NCBI GenBank assembly: GCA_044222185.1
Contig: JBGANV010000002.1
Span: 448,001 to 512,000 of the forward strand
Source: Planctomycetota bacterium
GTDB taxonomy: Bacteria > Planctomycetota > GCA-002687715 > CAIWVZ01
DNA: 64,000 nt
Reading direction: 5' to 3'
The notes under the pieces are model-generated. The model was not told where the DNA came from, made no database searches, and saw only the letters and a list, made by a program, of their open reading frames with translations. Below, one piece after another: positions 61,236 through 64,000 of the stretch. A program made the position numbers and the translations under genes. Position 1 is the first letter of the stretch, and the number at the start of each line of letters is the position of its first letter.

Positions 61236-64000
61236 GTGGAGAAGGCACTACGTGCGGCGTTCGTGGCGGCGTGGATTCTTGCTTCGTTCGCTCCGGCTCA
61301 GACGATCTGGTGGGTGCAGCCTGGCGGCACCAGCGCCGGGAGCGGGACGCAGACCGATCCATTCAACCAGATCCAGCTCGCGATCAACGCGTCGACCAAC
61401 GGAGACACGATCCGTGCGATGCCCGGAGTGTATTTCGAGCACATCAACTACATCGGTCGCAGCGTCACCATCGAGAGTACCGACGGTGCCTTCTACACGA
61501 CGATCGATGGTCAAGGGTCGGGCCCGGTGGTTCGGATCCAGAACGGCGAGTCCAACGCCGTGCTGGATGGATTCACGGTGACGAATGGGCACAACAGCCA
61601 TGGGGCGGGGATCTACTGCTACGGGTCGAACGTGACCGTTCGCAATTGCATCGTGCGCGACAACGGACCTTACGGTGAGGGTCCCGGTCTTTATGCCTAC
61701 GGCGGGTCGACGCGAATCACCGATACCAGCTTCGAGAACAACGATTCCGGTGGGAATGTGGGCGGAGCCATCGCGGGGTATTACGGGCCCATGACCGTCG
61801 AGCGGTCGACGTTCATCAACAATCGCTGCCCCAACGCTTACGGCGGCGCGATCTACTCCAACTCGGAGTTCGTCGACGTTCGTGACTGCACGTTCGTCGG
61901 AAACCAAGCGTACTACGGTGGGGCGATCTGGCTCTATGCGTCCATGAACTCGCTTCTCCGCGACAACCTCTTCGAACTGAACACGGCTGCGACCGGCGGA
62001 GCGATCCTGCTGACAAATGGGCAAGTCAACACGATCGAACGGTGCCGATTCCGTCAGAACACTGCGTCCTCGGATGGCGGCGCCATCTCCATAAGCGGAT
62101 CAATTCAATCCATATCGAAATCGGATATGTCTGGTAACACCGCTGGTGGCAGCGGTGGTGCGATCTACAACCAAGGAGTCATTTCCGTGATGTCGGGCAC
62201 CCGCATCCTCGACAACCACGCCGGTGGAAATGGCGGTGGAATCTACAACTGTAGCGGCTGCCTTTACATGTTTCGCTCATGCGCCGTCGCCCGCAATACT
62301 GCGAGCGGTGTCGGTGGCGGCTTGTTCTGGTGCGGCGGGTGTTATTCGTCGGCGTTCACCGGGATCACATTCGTCGGTAACACGGCTTCGTCGGGTGGGG
62401 CCACGCATATCAACTGCTGTTCGGCTCCCCCGTTCGCCAACAGCGTATTCTGGTCGGACATGCCGAGTGAATTCGGCGGCTACATCCCGTGCTTGACCAA
62501 TTGTGCCGTGCAGGGAGGAGCCGGATGTGGCTCCAGCTTGATGGCGTTGGATCCTGAGTTCGTGAATGCACCCTTCGACTTCCACCTCCGGTCGACGTCG
62601 CCCCTGATCGGCGCCGGCGCCAACGCCTACGTGGCTTCGGGCGAAACCGACATCGACGGTGGGCCGCGCATCAACGGCGCGACGGTGGACATCGGCGCGG
62701 ACGAATACAACGCGATCGTGCTCTCGGCACCGGCCGTGGCGCAGATCGGGTCGCCCCTTTCGTTCCAGTTCGCCACGTACCCGGCGCAGCCGGGCGCGGC
62801 GTATCTCGTGGACGTGTCCGTGACGGGCGACACCCCAGGCATCCAGTTGCCGGGAAGCCTCGGCACGATCCCGCTCAACCCCCCGTTCCTCTTCCTGTCC
62901 TATGGCGCATACGCACCCGGGGTCTTCGTCAACTTCCTGGCGGCGCTCGACGGCGGCGGGGTCGGCGGGCCCGTGCTGAACATTCCAGATGAGCCCCTGC
63001 TCATCGGGACGGTGCTTTACGGCGCGGGGTTGACCCTCGATTTCGTCGGCCCGACGGCGCCCGTCGGCACTCTCAGCAATGGCGTCCAGACCGTCGTCAA
63101 GGATCACCTGCCGATCATCCAGAGTGTGGTGCCCAACACTGCGCCAGTGAGCGGCAACGCCCCGATCACGCTCCATGGAAGCTACTTCCAACCGGGCGCA
63201 ACCGTCACCGTTGGAGGCGTCGCACCTCAAAACGTGACGGTCGTGGATGCCAACACCATCACGTTCACGGCGAACGGCCAGGGCCAGGGACCGCGAGACG
63301 TGGTGGTGTTCAACCCCGACCAGCAGGTTCACGTCCTGGCGGGCGGGCTCACCTACATTCCCGATCTGGTCCTCTATCAGGTGAATCCGTCGGTGACCGC
63401 GCCCGGAAACCCGGTCACGCTCAGCGGTGACGGATTCCAGTCGGCGCTGACTCTCGTCGTTGGTGGCGTCCCTGTGATTCCGACGAACGTCACGCAGTCG
63501 TCCGTCGACTTCGCCATGCCCATCGGATCCGCGTGCGACGGGTCGCTCGTCGTCCACAACCCGAGCAACCAGACGCAGTCGATCGCGTTCAATCCCTCGC
63601 CGCAGATCACGTCGACGTCGGGAACCACGATTCCGGCGGGAACCGGCGGGGCGTTCACCATCTACGGAAACCAGTTCCACCCCGGCACGGTCGTCACGCT
63701 GGGCGGCCAGCCCGCGATGGTCACGAACAGCTCGACGGGTTTCATTTCCGCCACGGCCCCGCCCGGCCCGGCGGGATTCGCGCCGATCGTCGTCACGTCG
63801 GCGACCGGCTGCACGGCGACGACGAACTTCTACTACCTGGGAAGTCCGCCCATCCTGACCTCCGTGACGTTGCCCAACGGGCCGATCGCCGGCGGTACGG
63901 CCATCACGCTCACGGGGGCCAACTTCCTTCCCGGGGCGAGCGTCACCATCGGAGGCGCCGCCGCGACCGCGGTCGTCGTCGTGAGCCCGACGACGATCAC
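61236..64000 (+). CDS. Secreted beta-helix (Pmp-like GGAI/FxxN repeats) + choice-of-anchor-Q-like + IPT/TIG repeat protein, 3'-truncated
   Basis: Not in the ORF track because it lacks a stop. GTG at 61236 after GGGAG reads MEKALRAAFVAAWILASFAPA-QTIWWVQPG...; FENN..GGAI, FINN..GGAIY, FVGN..GGAIW, FRQN..GGAI; DFHLRSTSPLIGAG..DIDGGPR..VDIGADE; IPT-like P.I.SV.P...GG..ITL.G.NF..GA.V.IGG; frame stays open to 64000. Confidence 0.88.
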   Translation, partial: MEKALRAAFVAAWILASFAPAQTIWWVQPGGTSAGSGTQTDPFNQIQLAINASTNGDTIRAMPGVYFEHINYIGRSVTIESTDGAFYTTIDGQGSGPVVRIQNGESNAVLDGFTVTNGHNSHGAGIYCYGSNVTVRNCIVRDNGPYGEGPGLYAYGGSTRITDTSFENNDSGGNVGGAIAGYYGPMTVERSTFINNRCPNAYGGAIYSNSEFVDVRDCTFVGNQAYYGGAIWLYASMNSLLRDNLFELNTAATGGAILLTNGQVNTIERCRFRQNTASSDGGAISISGSIQSISKSDMSGNTAGGSGGAIYNQGVISVMSGTRILDNHAGGNGGGIYNCSGCLYMFRSCAVARNTASGVGGGLFWCGGCYSSAFTGITFVGNTASSGGATHINCCSAPPFANSVFWSDMPSEFGGYIPCLTNCAVQGGAGCGSSLMALDPEFVNAPFDFHLRSTSPLIGAGANAYVASGETDIDGGPRINGATVDIGADEYNAIVLSAPAVAQIGSPLSFQFATYPAQPGAAYLVDVSVTGDTPGIQLPGSLGTIPLNPPFLFLSYGAYAPGVFVNFLAALDGGGVGGPVLNIPDEPLLIGTVLYGAGLTLDFVGPTAPVGTLSNGVQTVVKDHLPIIQSVVPNTAPVSGNAPITLHGSYFQPGATVTVGGVAPQNVTVVDANTITFTANGQGQGPRDVVVFNPDQQVHVLAGGLTYIPDLVLYQVNPSVTAPGNPVTLSGDGFQSALTLVVGGVPVIPTNVTQSSVDFAMPIGSACDGSLVVHNPSNQTQSIAFNPSPQITSTSGTTIPAGTGGAFTIYGNQFHPGTVVTLGGQPAMVTNSSTGFISATAPPGPAGFAPIVVTSATGCTATTNFYYLGSPPILTSVTLPNGPIAGGTAITLTGANFLPGASVTIGGAAATAVVVVSPTTI

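Overview
GC-rich bacterial chromosomal window with about 39 protein-coding genes. I found no rRNA, tRNA, CRISPR array or recognisable mobile element. The gene content (many FG-GAP, beta-helix and beta-propeller secreted proteins, Ser/Thr kinase-FGE and kinase-TPR proteins) suggests a Planctomycetota-like organism, which is inference only. Main observations: (1) a single ~1300-aa MurG-(FHA-like)-MurJ-HEAT fusion translationally coupled to mraY, i.e. a two-gene lipid II synthesis and flipping unit outside a dcw cluster; (2) a patatin phospholipase coupled to a nucleoside-deoxyribosyltransferase-like/TPR/SLOG protein, resembling a nucleotide-signalling defence module with no CD-NTase; (3) eight secreted proteins with unrelated passenger domains that end in related ~120-150 aa domains (three subtypes, plus one internal copy), often directly after a choice-of-anchor-Q-like module, suggesting an uncharacterised sorting/anchoring domain; (4) nearly all Sec signal peptides appear to expose Gln at +1; (5) a sugar-catabolic cluster (DhnA-type aldolase, Gfo/Idh/MocA, PMI-like cupin, GH38, PfkB); (6) a 14-repeat propeller gene split by a single-base frameshift, and a 3'-truncated Pmp-repeat/IPT gene missing from the ORF track. 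All domain calls come from motif reading by eye, not database searches.
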